Below, piece after piece: positions 1 through 10,329 of a DNA stretch of 47,747 nt. The position numbers and the translations under genes are program-made. This DNA comes from Promethearchaeota archaeon (GTDB taxonomy: Archaea; Asgardarchaeota; Thorarchaeia; Thorarchaeales; Thorarchaeaceae), in contig JBHLPF010000029.1 of the NCBI GenBank assembly GCA_048939765.1, positions 1-47,747 on the forward strand, read 5' to 3'. The notes under the pieces were generated by a model, which saw only the letters and a program-made list of their open reading frames with translations, was not told where the DNA came from and did not search any database. How positions within the stretch are numbered: the first letter of the stretch is position 1; each line of letters opens with the position of its first letter.

Positions 1-756
1 ACAGAAACCATTCCAGTTGATGTTCCGAACCCAATCAAGGATGTCGTCATTGAACTTGCGAAGCTCGTCCTGAAGCCAAGAGTCTTTGTCAACACGCACG
101 TCATGAGAAACTATGAGAAGGGAAGCATCCTGAAGAATCTCTTTGGCCTTTCCCCCACAAGGAAGAAAGTTCAGTATCATAAGAGCGAGATATTCTTCAA
201 TCTGCTGACTTCCCTCTATGAGGCTATTGGAGGAGTCGACCTTGCAGTCTTGGATGCCACTTACTTCTTGAAGTTCTTCAAGGAAAAAGGAGCGCGAACT
301 AGGACGGATGTTCTCTTTGTTGGACGAGATGCTGTGGCGGTAGAGGCTGTTGGGCTCCATCTCGCTGGTGTCAAACCGCAAAAGGCTCAGGTGATTCAGT
401 CATTTGTTGAGAAAGGGCTAGGGATTGGTGATTTAGATCAAATAGAGGTCGTCGGTGTTCCCATGGAGGAGCTCGAACTCAAGTTTGAAGAGGCTAGGAG
501 GACCCTTGATGCAGAGATAGCTTTGAAACCAGACCCTTGGTCTTCAGCAAAGGCAGTCGATGGTCTCATAGGAAATGGCTTCTTCAAGTTGCCCAACAGA
601 AGAACGATGTCAGAAGTGGTTACAGCGTTAGAAGAAGGAGACTCAAGAGCTAGCGGCAAAGACCGAATGATCTATGCAACTGTGAAGAAACGTTTCGACA
701 AGGGGAAACTCGTTGGTGAGAAAGTAGATAATGAGTGGGTCTTCTGGACCGTCTAG
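1..756 (+). CDS. DUF362-like protein, 5'-truncated by the window edge, with a C-terminal winged-helix-like extension
   Basis: Frame is open from base 1 (TETIPVDVPNP...). Motifs LKNLFG, GRDAVAVEAVG and GLGIGDLDQIEVVG are typical of DUF362. Confidence 0.65.
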   Translation, partial: TETIPVDVPNPIKDVVIELAKLVLKPRVFVNTHVMRNYEKGSILKNLFGLSPTRKKVQYHKSEIFFNLLTSLYEAIGGVDLAVLDATYFLKFFKEKGARTRTDVLFVGRDAVAVEAVGLHLAGVKPQKAQVIQSFVEKGLGIGDLDQIEVVGVPMEELELKFEEARRTLDAEIALKPDPWSSAKAVDGLIGNGFFKLPNRRTMSEVVTALEEGDSRASGKDRMIYATVKKRFDKGKLVGEKVDNEWVFWTV

Positions 757-769
757 TTCTCAAAACGCC

Positions 770-1627
770 CTATGTGATTGACAGGAGCATATTGAAGTCT
801 GCTGATTTGTATGAATGAGTCAGAGCACCCGAGGATATGATGTCCGCTCCACTCTGAGCATAGTCCTTGATATTGTCCTCATTAATTCCGCCAGACGCCT
901 CCAACAACACCTTGTCCCGTATCTCTCGCTGAATAAGAACCTCATGGACACCCCCCACATCTTGAGCAGTGAAGTTGTCGAGGAGTATTATGTCTGCCCC
1001 CGCTTCTATCGCCTCAATGGCCTCTTGAAGAGTACGAACCTCACAGGACACTTTCTTGCTAAACGACACCCTTTCTCTAGCAGCTCTAACAGCGACACCT
1101 ACCCCCCCAACCACGGCGATATGATTGTTCTTGATTAGGACCATGTCATCAAGTGCATAGCGATGTGAGTCTCCGCCGCCCACTTGGACTGCTCTCTTCT
1201 CGAAATATCGGAAGCCCGGAGTTGTCTTTCTCGTAGCAGCCACACGTACCTTTGGGTTCATCTCTTTTGCGGCTTGAACCATGTCGTAGGTCTTTGTTGC
1301 TATTCCGCTCATCCGTTGGATGATGTTGAGGCAGACTCTTTCCACTCCAAGAAGAGTACGCGCTAGCCCTCTCAGACTAATTATGGGTTCTTGAGGTCCC
1401 ACCCAATTGCCCTCAAAAGCAAACACCTCATAATCAAGACCTGTGAGTTCCGCGATAGCAATTGTTTCCTTAATCCCAGCTAGGACCGCCTTGCTCTTTG
1501 CATAGACTGTTGCTGAGCCCAACGCATCATCAGGTATTGTGACATTGGAGGTCAGGTCTCCTGTTCTGATGTCTTCTTTCAAGTATCCCTTGAGAGCTTC
1601 AATCACAGAAGATGGCAAGTCAGTCAT
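770..1627 (-). CDS. nadC: Nicotinate-nucleotide pyrophosphorylase (quinolinate phosphoribosyltransferase)
   Basis: Motifs EDIRTGDLT, TRKTTPG, HRYALDDMVLIKNNH, LLDNF, EASGGI and SSGALTHS. ATG at 1627 follows GAGGAG. Confidence 0.95.
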   Translation of the reverse strand: MTDLPSSVIEALKGYLKEDIRTGDLTSNVTIPDDALGSATVYAKSKAVLAGIKETIAIAELTGLDYEVFAFEGNWVGPQEPIISLRGLARTLLGVERVCLNIIQRMSGIATKTYDMVQAAKEMNPKVRVAATRKTTPGFRYFEKRAVQVGGGDSHRYALDDMVLIKNNHIAVVGGVGVAVRAARERVSFSKKVSCEVRTLQEAIEAIEAGADIILLDNFTAQDVGGVHEVLIQREIRDKVLLEASGGINEDNIKDYAQSGADIISSGALTHSYKSADFNMLLSIT

Positions 1628-1641
1628 GGTAACGTACTCCT

Positions 1642-2298
1642 CTAACATCTAGGATGCTCTGGGTTTCTCACAATCTCCTCTCTGGGTTCTGTTTCACCAA
1701 AGATCTCAGCCTGAAATGACATGAACTCCACTTCAGGTGCTTTCCATAAGTCACTAGGAAGCCCTGCTTTCTGGCAAGTGTGTTCCAGAAATGTCTTTGT
1801 GTCCCATCCATACTGTACAGGAACTTGCGGAAGTAAAAGCCCGCGCATCATGCCTCTACTGACTATGAGTCCATCTCTTCCGACCTGTACAAGACTAACG
1901 AGTTCATCTGGACTGGCATATTCCAATTTACTCGGAGGCGTGAGGACACTTAGGTCCACGATGATGTGATCAAGTTCATCCGGACCTACTGGTCTGAAGC
2001 GAGGATCATTTACTGCTGAATCTACAGCCGAATCAATCGTAGCTTCGATCAATGGTTGTGTTGGATATGGACGACCAATGCATCCTCTAAGTCTAGGGCG
2101 TCCCTTTTCCAGAAGATTGAGAGTGACAAAAACACCCGACTTCTCCCATAGCTTGGGAGGGGCATCATCTGGAGGGCTTGGCTTAGTCTTGTCTGCCACG
2201 TATTTATCAACGGTCTTTCTTGCAAGCTTCACAAGAAGTATTCCTTCATTATCAGAATATGCATGGTCCAATCCATGTCCACCAACATTTCTCAGCAC
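1642..2298 (-). CDS. AMMECR1-domain protein (AmmeMemoRadiSam system protein A-like)
   Basis: Motifs GVFVTL, LRGCIG, DPRF, GRDGL, GLLLPQV and CQKAGL. Confidence 0.92.
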   Translation of the reverse strand: MLRNVGGHGLDHAYSDNEGILLVKLARKTVDKYVADKTKPSPPDDAPPKLWEKSGVFVTLNLLEKGRPRLRGCIGRPYPTQPLIEATIDSAVDSAVNDPRFRPVGPDELDHIIVDLSVLTPPSKLEYASPDELVSLVQVGRDGLIVSRGMMRGLLLPQVPVQYGWDTKTFLEHTCQKAGLPSDLWKAPEVEFMSFQAEIFGETEPREEIVRNPEHPRC

Positions 2299-2326
2299 AT
2301 GTTACCGGTTATGCTTTTCGCAGCTA

Positions 2327-3643
2327 TCATAGGCGCCGTAACGGCACTCGACCAACCACTCCAGGGTCGGTAAAGAATCCACCATAGCTGTAGACCACCT
2401 CGCCCCCGATGATGGTCATGACAGGACGCGCTCGGACAGTTCTCCCCTCGAAAGGAGTGATTTTTGCTTTAGAATGAAAATCTCTGCCACGAATCTCCCA
2501 GTTCTCCTTTGATACTACAGTTATGTCTGCATCATAACCTTTGGCAATGACCCCCTTGCCTGTAATACCAAGAATTCGAGCGGGTCCTGAACCACAGACT
2601 CTGAGATAGTCCAGCCAGGACACCTTGTCCTCAAAGACAGCTGTGAGCATTAGAGGCACCAATGTTTCAAGTCCAGGTATGCCCGATTCTGCATCTCTGA
2701 ATGGAAGTCTCTTCTCAAAGGTTTCGTGAGGTGCATGATCTGAAACAACACAATCAATACCCCAGGTAGCACTGAGTCCTTGTAGAAGCGCCTCATTGTC
2801 ATAGGGGGACCGCAAAGGAGGAAGCATCTTAGCTCTGCCGTCCTCGTGAGAGAACTCTCCTCCCGTCAGAAAGAGATGATGCGGTGTGACCTCCGCCGTC
2901 AATGTGTCTTCGGCGCGATGCTCCAATAGTACTCTGGCAGTCGTACCGCAACTGACATGGCAGACATGCAGTCTGCAGTCATAGAATTCTCTCTTGACTT
3001 CCAGAAATTGCTTCAGGGACTCAACCTCGTTTTCGCAGCTATGGAGCTGAAAGAATTCATCATGCGTTCTTGGTTTCTCTCCTACCTCGGCAGAGGCCGG
3101 GTGAAACAGCAGAGGTCTGCCACTTTTGGCTGATAGTTCCATACACTCCTTTAGACGTTCTTTGGTATAGCGTGTGCCTTCTGTCAAAGGAGCATGTGGG
3201 TATATCTTGAATCCGAGAATCTGGGGAATTAAAGCCTTCTCCACATCGCTGACTCTTTTTGGGATTCCGGCGTAAAATCCCACGTTGACATATCTTTTCT
3301 CTGTAGCTAAGGCTATTTTCTCTTCAAGGTCTTCAAGGGTCATGGTCGGTGGGACAGAGTTTGGCATATCGACTACTGTGGTCACACCACCTGCAGCAGC
3401 AGCCATAGTCCCCGTGGAGTACTCTTCCTTGTCCTCTTGCTCTAAATCCCTCATATGAACGTGAATATCGATTACTCCAGGAAGAATGTATAGCCCCTCG
3501 CAATTGATTCTTTCAGATGCAGGGGGTTCAGCACCAGGTTCGTATAGGCCTTCAATAATGCCTGCGTCTATTGCAACCGAACGGACAACTTCCATGCCGT
3601 CCAGTACCACAATCCCGCTTTCTAAGATGCGTTCTACAGGCAT
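2327..3643 (-). CDS. pyrC: Dihydroorotase (amidohydrolase family)
   Basis: Motifs PGVIDIHVHMRD, AAAAGGVTTVVDMPN, EVTPHHL, PPLR, SDHAPH and GYDAD. Start is 3643 (ATG) or 3685. Confidence 0.85.
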   Translation of the reverse strand: MPVERILESGIVVLDGMEVVRSVAIDAGIIEGLYEPGAEPPASERINCEGLYILPGVIDIHVHMRDLEQEDKEEYSTGTMAAAAGGVTTVVDMPNSVPPTMTLEDLEEKIALATEKRYVNVGFYAGIPKRVSDVEKALIPQILGFKIYPHAPLTEGTRYTKERLKECMELSAKSGRPLLFHPASAEVGEKPRTHDEFFQLHSCENEVESLKQFLEVKREFYDCRLHVCHVSCGTTARVLLEHRAEDTLTAEVTPHHLFLTGGEFSHEDGRAKMLPPLRSPYDNEALLQGLSATWGIDCVVSDHAPHETFEKRLPFRDAESGIPGLETLVPLMLTAVFEDKVSWLDYLRVCGSGPARILGITGKGVIAKGYDADITVVSKENWEIRGRDFHSKAKITPFEGRTVRARPVMTIIGGEVVYSYGGFFTDPGVVGRVPLRRL

Positions 3644-3688
3644 ACCTACTTTCTGTGTCACGGCACGATATGATTTTGTCGCCAAGGG

Positions 3689-4510
3689 CTATTCTTCAGG
3701 TTCTGGGACCTTGAACTTGTTTGCCACGAAACGAGTCAGATCGGTTGCGCTGATTATGCCTATGAGCTTGTGACCATCACCCACCACAGGAAGTGTGTTT
3801 AGATTCGTCTTCCTCATCGTTTCAACAACAGCGGCAAGGGACTCGTCCGAAGATACCAGTGGTGGCTCCCTTATCATGGCATCTACAACTCGTATTTGTC
3901 TGACTTGATTTCTGCGGTGCTTGTCAGGAACTTCTACACTGAACCTTGCCATCGCCTCGGCGACGGCTCTTTCAGTAAGCAATCCTAGCACTCTCGGCCC
4001 ATCTGTGACTGGAAGTCCTGAGTATCCCTTATCGAGCATTTCACTCCTTGCCTTCACAAGACGTTCCACTGGATTGACAACAAGAATGTCTTTTGTCGTC
4101 ATCAAGTCTTTCACCTTGACATCCTCAAACTTGGTTACAAGAGAACAGATTTCCGTCTTTGAAATAACACCAACAAGTTTGTCATCTGCATCAACAACGG
4201 GGCATCCACTCATTCCCCTATCCATCATGAGTTGAGCAACTTCTGTGACATCGTCGTCAGGTGAAACGGTAATTACGGTGTCAGTCATCGCACTTGAAAC
4301 ATGCAGTCTACCTATTGAAACAGCGACTACCTTACTTACACTAAGCCTGTCTGCGACATCTGCATACGTGAGAATACCCGTTACTGTGCCATTCTGAGTA
4401 ACGATTAGCCTGTCTACCCGCTTCTTATCGAGTAGTTCTAGAGCGAAGGATAGCCTCTGATCCTTGTCGATTGTGACTGGTTCTACCATGATTTGATTTA
4501 CTTCCAACAT
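3689..4510 (-). CDS. Tandem CBS-domain protein (4 CBS repeats)
   Basis: Repeated CBS motifs (GILTYAD, GCPVVD..LVGVIS, GLPV..LGLLTE, LPVV..LIGIISATD). GGAGG precedes ATG 4510. Confidence 0.9.
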   Translation of the reverse strand: MLEVNQIMVEPVTIDKDQRLSFALELLDKKRVDRLIVTQNGTVTGILTYADVADRLSVSKVVAVSIGRLHVSSAMTDTVITVSPDDDVTEVAQLMMDRGMSGCPVVDADDKLVGVISKTEICSLVTKFEDVKVKDLMTTKDILVVNPVERLVKARSEMLDKGYSGLPVTDGPRVLGLLTERAVAEAMARFSVEVPDKHRRNQVRQIRVVDAMIREPPLVSSDESLAAVVETMRKTNLNTLPVVGDGHKLIGIISATDLTRFVANKFKVPEPEE

Positions 4511-4566
4511 ACAATCCTCCATTTACCGTGCTTACCGAACTGAATACACTCCGTTAGTCCAGCCTA

Positions 4567-5130
4567 CTAGCTCCGACATACGTCACAGAGATATCTCCCA
4601 TCTTCAAGTGCCAAATCAGTAGAGTACTCCCCACAGCTGTCACAAACACCACCATATGCGATTAGCTCGTCTTCATCCTCCTCATCCCTGTTCGCGGCTT
4701 CAGACCGGAGCTTCAATGACTCCATAAGCACATCAATGAGCTCAGGTGACCAGCGTAGAATATCTCTTGAAGTGATTATTCCTGCCAAGCTGTCGTTCTT
4801 CAGCACCGCCACTCTTCGAATATTGCCATGAGCCATTATTCTCATGGCTTCCGTCAGTGGGGTGTTTGGTGTTACATGAACAAGAGGAGAACTCATCACA
4901 TCTTTGGCTTTGGTTTCTTTTGGGTCCTTGTCCTCTGATACCACACGTCTAACGATATCAGACTCTGTTATGATACCCAGCGGCCGACCCTTATCGCTAA
5001 CTATTATCGACCCAATGTCCATCTCATTCATCGAGCGTGCCACCTCGTGTACACTGGCATCTGGCGGCATTGTCACTACATTGACAGACATGATTTCTCT
5101 CACAGGCATTGAATGCGAAGGGTCAGACAT
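4567..5130 (-). CDS. CBS-pair protein with C-terminal Zn ribbon
   Basis: Motifs GIITESD and GIITSRD; C-terminal CDSC...CDVC. GAGGT precedes ATG 5130. Confidence 0.9.
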   Translation of the reverse strand: MSDPSHSMPVREIMSVNVVTMPPDASVHEVARSMNEMDIGSIIVSDKGRPLGIITESDIVRRVVSEDKDPKETKAKDVMSSPLVHVTPNTPLTEAMRIMAHGNIRRVAVLKNDSLAGIITSRDILRWSPELIDVLMESLKLRSEAANRDEEDEDELIAYGGVCDSCGEYSTDLALEDGRYLCDVCRS

Positions 5131-5269
5131 CAGATAATACCTCGGCGTATCAGAAAGTTGGTTATCGATCACCCAGAGCACCCGGGCTTCAGGGTGCATT
5201 CTTGACTGACTCAACGCCGTTGGAATTTAAACGTGTCTGTATTGTCCAGTATGTTTCAGTGAATCATAT

Positions 5270-7291
5270 TTAGCGTCCTGCATCACTAATGACCAATTCG
5301 CCTCCGCCTGGAGGCAAGACGCGCATCATGTCTTCTTGTGGGATCTCATCTATCAAATGCTTCTTGTCCTGAGGGACTAACTTCTTCAGCTGACTGAGAA
5401 TCTCCTTCACAAGCTGACCTTTCTTCCCTTTACTTGGAGCAACCTTTACTGTGTATTCCGTATGAGCAGACAATGCTGAAGGTGGGCCTGATACTGGAAT
5501 TGCCTCATTATCCTCAATCAACACCCCAACAGCGAGATCCAACGGCACTCTTCGAATGTAGTTTTTAGAGCCATAGATCATGACAGCACCAGATGGTAGA
5601 TACTCCCCGGAGGGTGGAGTGAAACTTACCTGCTCTGGATTGACCCAATAGGCATCACCAGATGACAGGCCGTCTTGCCATGCTCGAGAAAACGTGACCG
5701 CGAACTGTGCGGCTTCAGTGAGAGTCTGTTCTCCGGGTCGGTCTCCAGAAGTCTTGACGACTACATAGGGTGCACCGTGCAGTGCAGCATGGACAAAGAC
5801 ATCGTTTGATTCCATCTGCCGTTTTGCAAGTCTTTCATTGGTCTTTGCGTCACGACCTCCAATGATAAGGAGGCCTTCTGAGGATAGAAACCATCGAAAC
5901 TTCTCATACCATCGCTTCTTCCTGATACGAACAGTGACTTTCCTCTTTGTTTCAGGTTCGACTTTCTTAGCTTCAAGTTCTTTCAGCTTTGTCAGTGTCT
6001 TCTCGATTTGCTTTTGTGCCCCCTTAGTCTTCGCTTCCGACTTCTTTGCCTGTTCATATGCCAATGATGCATTCTCTTGAGCACTCTTCCTAATGTCCAG
6101 ACTCACATCGATATCCGCAAGCTTCACAACAATCTTGCCTTGAGAGGGTATTATCCTTTCAATTATGGCTGCAGATGCTATACCTCTCTCTCTCCCTTCT
6201 TCGATCCTGCTTGTTATCTCAGCCCAAGATAGGCCACTCGTTCTTGCGCTGGTGACTGTTTCCAGCACCTCTTGCACCATCTGAAAGCTGTTGTAAATAG
6301 TCTCTCCTGCCAGTCTTAAGGTGCTGGCTCTATCTTCTAATCGAGCGATGCTTTCCTTCTGCTTCTCGATAATCGTTTCCAACCGCTTGCGCTCCTTGAC
6401 GTGAGCATCCAGAACTGCCTCATCCTCAAGTTCCATGTCAGACACGCCATAGAAGTTGTCAATTGCTTGGCTGAATGTGGAGAAGGAAGCTGTTGGTAAG
6501 CCATTATACACCTCAAACATGAATGGTACGAATGCAACCTTTTCCTCCTCCTCCTCGTCATCAATGATAATACGTGGTTCACTGATTCCGGTTCTGAGCT
6601 TCTCAATAAAGCGCGAGAGTCCATCTGCTAGGTCCTTCACCGCCTGTTCATCTAGGTCTGGAACATTTGCCTGAGGATCAACTCCTCCGAGTGCACATAT
6701 CTCCTCACAACTCTGAGAGTCAAGGTTCAATCTACTAGCCAGCGTTCGTACTACATTCGCATTCGATTCAGAAAGGGCCTCTTCAAGAGCATCTGACTCT
6801 AAACTCATGACGTCCATTCCACGAGGAGGCGGGAATTCGTACTTTGCCTTAGGGATGACATTTCGGTCTTTCATTCTCCTGTAGCGCATTGCAACAAATA
6901 TCGTGTCTTCTGGGTCGAGAAGGAGCACGTTTCCATTTCCAAATAGCTCAACCACCAATTTATGCGAACTCACCTCATCACCGACTTCAATCACCACAAT
7001 TCTATCCAAGTCGTGTTGATAGACTGACATGACTTTCCGGTCCCGGAGATATTTCCTGAGTGCTGTACAGAACTTGGGTGGAACCCTTGGAGCAACTCGA
7101 CGGTACTCAGTGAGATGAATTCGACGACCAACCTCGAAGAGAAGATGTGACGTCCCTCCTGCAGGTCGATAGAGCTTGAGCACAAAGACATCCCCATATT
7201 GGTATACATTCTTAATGAACGAACCTTCTGCCGACTCCTTTAGCTCTGGCAGAATTAGCCGAATGTCAATATTGCTCATGGTCTCTTTCAT
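5270..7291 (-). CDS. rqcH: Ribosome rescue/quality-control protein RqcH (NFACT/NEMF family)
   Basis: N-terminal MSNID, F..LRKYL, DRIV and ELFGNGN; coiled coil; WYEKFRWF, GGRDA..NE, HA..HGAP and GEYL..GA. GGAGGAG precedes ATG 7291. Confidence 0.92.
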   Translation of the reverse strand: MKETMSNIDIRLILPELKESAEGSFIKNVYQYGDVFVLKLYRPAGGTSHLLFEVGRRIHLTEYRRVAPRVPPKFCTALRKYLRDRKVMSVYQHDLDRIVVIEVGDEVSSHKLVVELFGNGNVLLLDPEDTIFVAMRYRRMKDRNVIPKAKYEFPPPRGMDVMSLESDALEEALSESNANVVRTLASRLNLDSQSCEEICALGGVDPQANVPDLDEQAVKDLADGLSRFIEKLRTGISEPRIIIDDEEEEEKVAFVPFMFEVYNGLPTASFSTFSQAIDNFYGVSDMELEDEAVLDAHVKERKRLETIIEKQKESIARLEDRASTLRLAGETIYNSFQMVQEVLETVTSARTSGLSWAEITSRIEEGRERGIASAAIIERIIPSQGKIVVKLADIDVSLDIRKSAQENASLAYEQAKKSEAKTKGAQKQIEKTLTKLKELEAKKVEPETKRKVTVRIRKKRWYEKFRWFLSSEGLLIIGGRDAKTNERLAKRQMESNDVFVHAALHGAPYVVVKTSGDRPGEQTLTEAAQFAVTFSRAWQDGLSSGDAYWVNPEQVSFTPPSGEYLPSGAVMIYGSKNYIRRVPLDLAVGVLIEDNEAIPVSGPPSALSAHTEYTVKVAPSKGKKGQLVKEILSQLKKLVPQDKKHLIDEIPQEDMMRVLPPGGGELVISDAGR

Positions 7292-7368
7292 TGTCAATCG
7301 CTCCTCCAGTCCGATATTGTTATAACCTAGTCGATTGACAGACGCATAACTCCGACAGGTGTCACACG

Positions 7369-7716
7369 ATGTCATCAGTGATAGGCCCTCTTCAGAGCAT
7401 CTTCAAACGCCTTTTCAGTAGATGGGCTGACTCGGCAGACGAACAGCAGACCTATGTCAAGATAGTCTTCGCTTTGATTACAGCGTTAATCTGTGGACTT
7501 GCTGGACCTGCATTTCGTGGTTCAAGAGGTCTGATATTTGGCCTGCTCATGTACGGACTGACACTCTACGTTGTTGTTTATCTACTAGAAATCGATCCCA
7601 AAGAGATTGGAGGTCGACAAAAACTCGTAACAGCAGGCTTACCCACATTTCTACTATTATGGGTGCTTTTCTGGACGCTAATCTATACGTTCTCCCTTCC
7701 TCCAGCATTGCTCTAG
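7369..7716 (+). CDS. EMC6/Rab5ip-like 3-TM membrane protein
   Basis: Three hydrophobic helices. The C-terminal GL.TF...WVLFWTLIY resembles EMC6 GLFTYVLFWTFLY (recalled). Confidence 0.65.
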   Translation: MSSVIGPLQSIFKRLFSRWADSADEQQTYVKIVFALITALICGLAGPAFRGSRGLIFGLLMYGLTLYVVVYLLEIDPKEIGGRQKLVTAGLPTFLLLWVLFWTLIYTFSLPPALL

Positions 7717-8198
7717 AGCAGAGCCAGTAGTTGGATAAGGACATAGGCCGCACTCAGAAATGGAATCAATGGCGTACCCCTTTCACTAGTTCCCATTGAC
7801 CAATTTGAATACACATAGCCTGCGATCAACATAATGAGCATCGTCAAGCCGCCTCCTATGATTGCCTCAAGTACTGGATCACCCCACAGCGCTAGCTCTA
7901 TACCTGGACTACTGATGCTCAAGATGACCAATGTTTTCAAGTCAGCTCCGCCAATTGCTCCCATTTGAAAGAGTGCACAGGAGAGGACGGAAACGAAAAG
8001 AAATGCTGCAAGGTGCAGTATAGGATTTTGACCTAGATGACCAGTAAGTATCGTGATGATTAATCCACTTGCACCTCCAATCAGTACAAAATGATTGGCT
8101 ATCCTTCTATCACGAGTATCCAGTATAGCGAAGAAGATGAGAATCGTGAGGGTTGTGCAGAAGGCTACCAGAGATGTGAGTGAAAGGTCTAATGTCAT
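7713..8198 (-). CDS. A24-family prepilin/prearchaellin peptidase-like aspartic protease
   Basis: Catalytic-Asp motifs D.RDRRI.N and GGADLK, C-terminal PLIPFL, multiple TM helices. Confidence 0.8.
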   Translation of the reverse strand: MTLDLSLTSLVAFCTTLTILIFFAILDTRDRRIANHFVLIGGASGLIITILTGHLGQNPILHLAAFLFVSVLSCALFQMGAIGGADLKTLVILSISSPGIELALWGDPVLEAIIGGGLTMLIMLIAGYVYSNWSMGTSERGTPLIPFLSAAYVLIQLLALL

Positions 8199-8351
8199 AG
8201 GGATATCATCTCTCGTAATAATATGGTGTTCTAAAGTATATAGTCCTCTCATGTAACCAGATAGCAAGAAAGATTAGGTAGCAGATGGGCTGCGAGTCCG
8301 TGCAAGGGGCTGACGCTGCCCCTTCAACAGCAATTCTCAGAAGCTGATGTA

Positions 8352-9239
8352 ATGAAGGATCCTATGCAAGTCATTGAAGACACAACTTTTCGCCTTCTCA
8401 AAATGGCTGTAACGAAGCTACCCAAAGATGTTGAAGCCGCATTGAGAGTGGCGCGTGACCGTGAGGACAATGAAACCGCCAAGACTCAGCTCTCAGCAAT
8501 CCTCCAGAATATGGACATTGCTGACACAGGAGTTCCAATGTGCCAGGATACAGGCATTATAATCTTCTATGTCAAGGTCGGCAGTAAGTTCCCATATATG
8601 GATGAGATTAAGGAAGCCCTTACCAAAGCCACAAGAAAGGCTACCAAAGAGGTGCCAATTCGACCAAATGCAGTGAATCCGATTATAGGTGGCAATTCAG
8701 GTGACAATACCGGTGTCAAAATTCCTTGGATTAACTGGGAGGTTGTGCCCGGCGATTCATTGGAGATAATAGCGTTTCCCAAGGGTGGAGGGAGTGAGAA
8801 TGTGTCCATTGTTGGCATGCTCAAACCAGGGGTTGGACTGACAGGTGTCAAGAAACTGGTGGTAGATAATGCTATGAGCTACATGGGCAAAGCCTGTGCT
8901 CCAAACATTATTGGTGTGGGAATTGGCGGGGGTGCAGATATTTCCATTAAGATTGCTAAGCAGCAGCTGTTGCGTCCACTTGATGATAGACATCCTGAGC
9001 CTGAAGTGGCTAAAATCGAACAGGAACTCATGGAGGCCATCAATGCCACAGAAATTGGTCCCATGGGTCTTGGAGGCAAGACGACCGTACTGGCAGTGAA
9101 AGTCGACTATGCCATGCGCCATCCTGCAAGTCTACCCGTAGGAGTTGCCGTTCAGTGCTGGGCTGCAAGGCACAGCAAGGCAGTGATATCCAAGGATCTA
9201 AGAGTCACTTATGTGACACATCCATTGGAGGGTGAGTGA
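8352..9239 (+). CDS. fumA: Fe-S fumarate hydratase (class I, two-subunit), alpha subunit
   Basis: Motifs PMCQDTG, PKGGGSEN, ACAP, GIGGG, GPMGLGG, HPASLPV and QCWA. Confidence 0.9.
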   Translation: MKDPMQVIEDTTFRLLKMAVTKLPKDVEAALRVARDREDNETAKTQLSAILQNMDIADTGVPMCQDTGIIIFYVKVGSKFPYMDEIKEALTKATRKATKEVPIRPNAVNPIIGGNSGDNTGVKIPWINWEVVPGDSLEIIAFPKGGGSENVSIVGMLKPGVGLTGVKKLVVDNAMSYMGKACAPNIIGVGIGGGADISIKIAKQQLLRPLDDRHPEPEVAKIEQELMEAINATEIGPMGLGGKTTVLAVKVDYAMRHPASLPVGVAVQCWAARHSKAVISKDLRVTYVTHPLEGE

Positions 9240-9240
9240 A

Positions 9241-9849
9241 ATGGCTGAATATCACTTTACGACACCTATCTCTGAAGAAGACGCTCGCAAACTAAAGGTG
9301 GGCGATGTGGTGTACGTCAGCGGTGAGCATGTCTATACTGCACGTGACGAGGCTCATGAACGTGCCCTACATATGTTCGATAAGGGCGAAAAACCACCTG
9401 TGGACTTCGAAGGCAGTGTTGTCTATCATGTAGGCCCTGTGGCATGGCAGAAAGAAGGAAAGTGGCAAATAGTTTCAGCTGGCCCCACCACCAGTATTAG
9501 AATGGAGCTCTTTGAGGACGAATTCCTCCGAAAATACAAGGCTCGCATCATCATTGGGAAGGGAGGTATGGGTGAGAAGACACTTGAAGCCCTCAGGGAG
9601 GTTGGTGCGGTCTATTGTAGCTTCACTGGTGGGTGCGGCGCTCTTGCTGCGAAGGGCCTGAAAGAAGTGCGCGCTTACGAGTGGAGCGATCTAGGCATGC
9701 CGGAGGCTCTTTGGGTCATCACCGCTGATGAGTTTGGACCACTATTGGTGACGATGGACTCTCATGGCGAAAGCCTGCACAAGGTGATGGATGAAAGAGT
9801 GGCAGCACGCAAGGCAGAGGTCTACGCCAAGATTGGCATAAAGGACTAG
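9241..9849 (+). CDS. fumB: Fe-S fumarate hydratase (class I, two-subunit), beta subunit
   Basis: Motifs TARDEAH, GPTTS.RM, IIGKGGM and LGMPEA; directly follows the alpha subunit. Confidence 0.9.
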   Translation: MAEYHFTTPISEEDARKLKVGDVVYVSGEHVYTARDEAHERALHMFDKGEKPPVDFEGSVVYHVGPVAWQKEGKWQIVSAGPTTSIRMELFEDEFLRKYKARIIIGKGGMGEKTLEALREVGAVYCSFTGGCGALAAKGLKEVRAYEWSDLGMPEALWVITADEFGPLLVTMDSHGESLHKVMDERVAARKAEVYAKIGIKD

Positions 9850-9917
9850 ATATCTGTCCGCTGACAGAGACTATACACTGGAAACACATATCCCCCAAAA
9901 TGTTGATGCCAGCGTAA

Positions 9918-10235
9918 GTGCGATTCAGCGAGGTATCATCCTTGAGGAAAATCGTCCAGATCGTGTATACTGAAAACCCCAATCTCAAACTTGATGTTGC
10001 AGTCTACTACCCTGATAGCACTGAATATCGAATCCGGTATATCCACCCCACTCATCACGCAGAGGTGGAAAACATATCGAAGCTGTTGAAGGATGTCGAG
10101 TTTGATGAACCAAGAATGATCACTGACTGGCATAGGTTCATGAACGCACTCAGGATGTTACCTGATCAATACATTCGTTCACTTGATGTCATCTATTTGA
10201 CACGGTCAGGAGAAGTAATCGAGGACTCAGAATAG
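9918..10235 (+). CDS. Hypothetical protein (105 aa)
   Basis: GTG-start ORF with globular composition in otherwise unoccupied space; no family recognised. Confidence 0.5.
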   Translation: MRFSEVSSLRKIVQIVYTENPNLKLDVAVYYPDSTEYRIRYIHPTHHAEVENISKLLKDVEFDEPRMITDWHRFMNALRMLPDQYIRSLDVIYLTRSGEVIEDSE

Positions 10236-10329
10236 GTTTGGTTACTTTGTGACTCTGTTAGTGGCACCTTCAGACGGAAACTGGCATTCTCTACGAATCC
10301 TCTGCCTTCATCCCTTTATCCAGCCTAAG

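Noticed and set aside
8304-8324. Hairpin AAGGGGC-N7-GCCCCTT in the fumA leader as a riboswitch
   Set aside because: A single 7-bp stem is too little to support a regulatory RNA.
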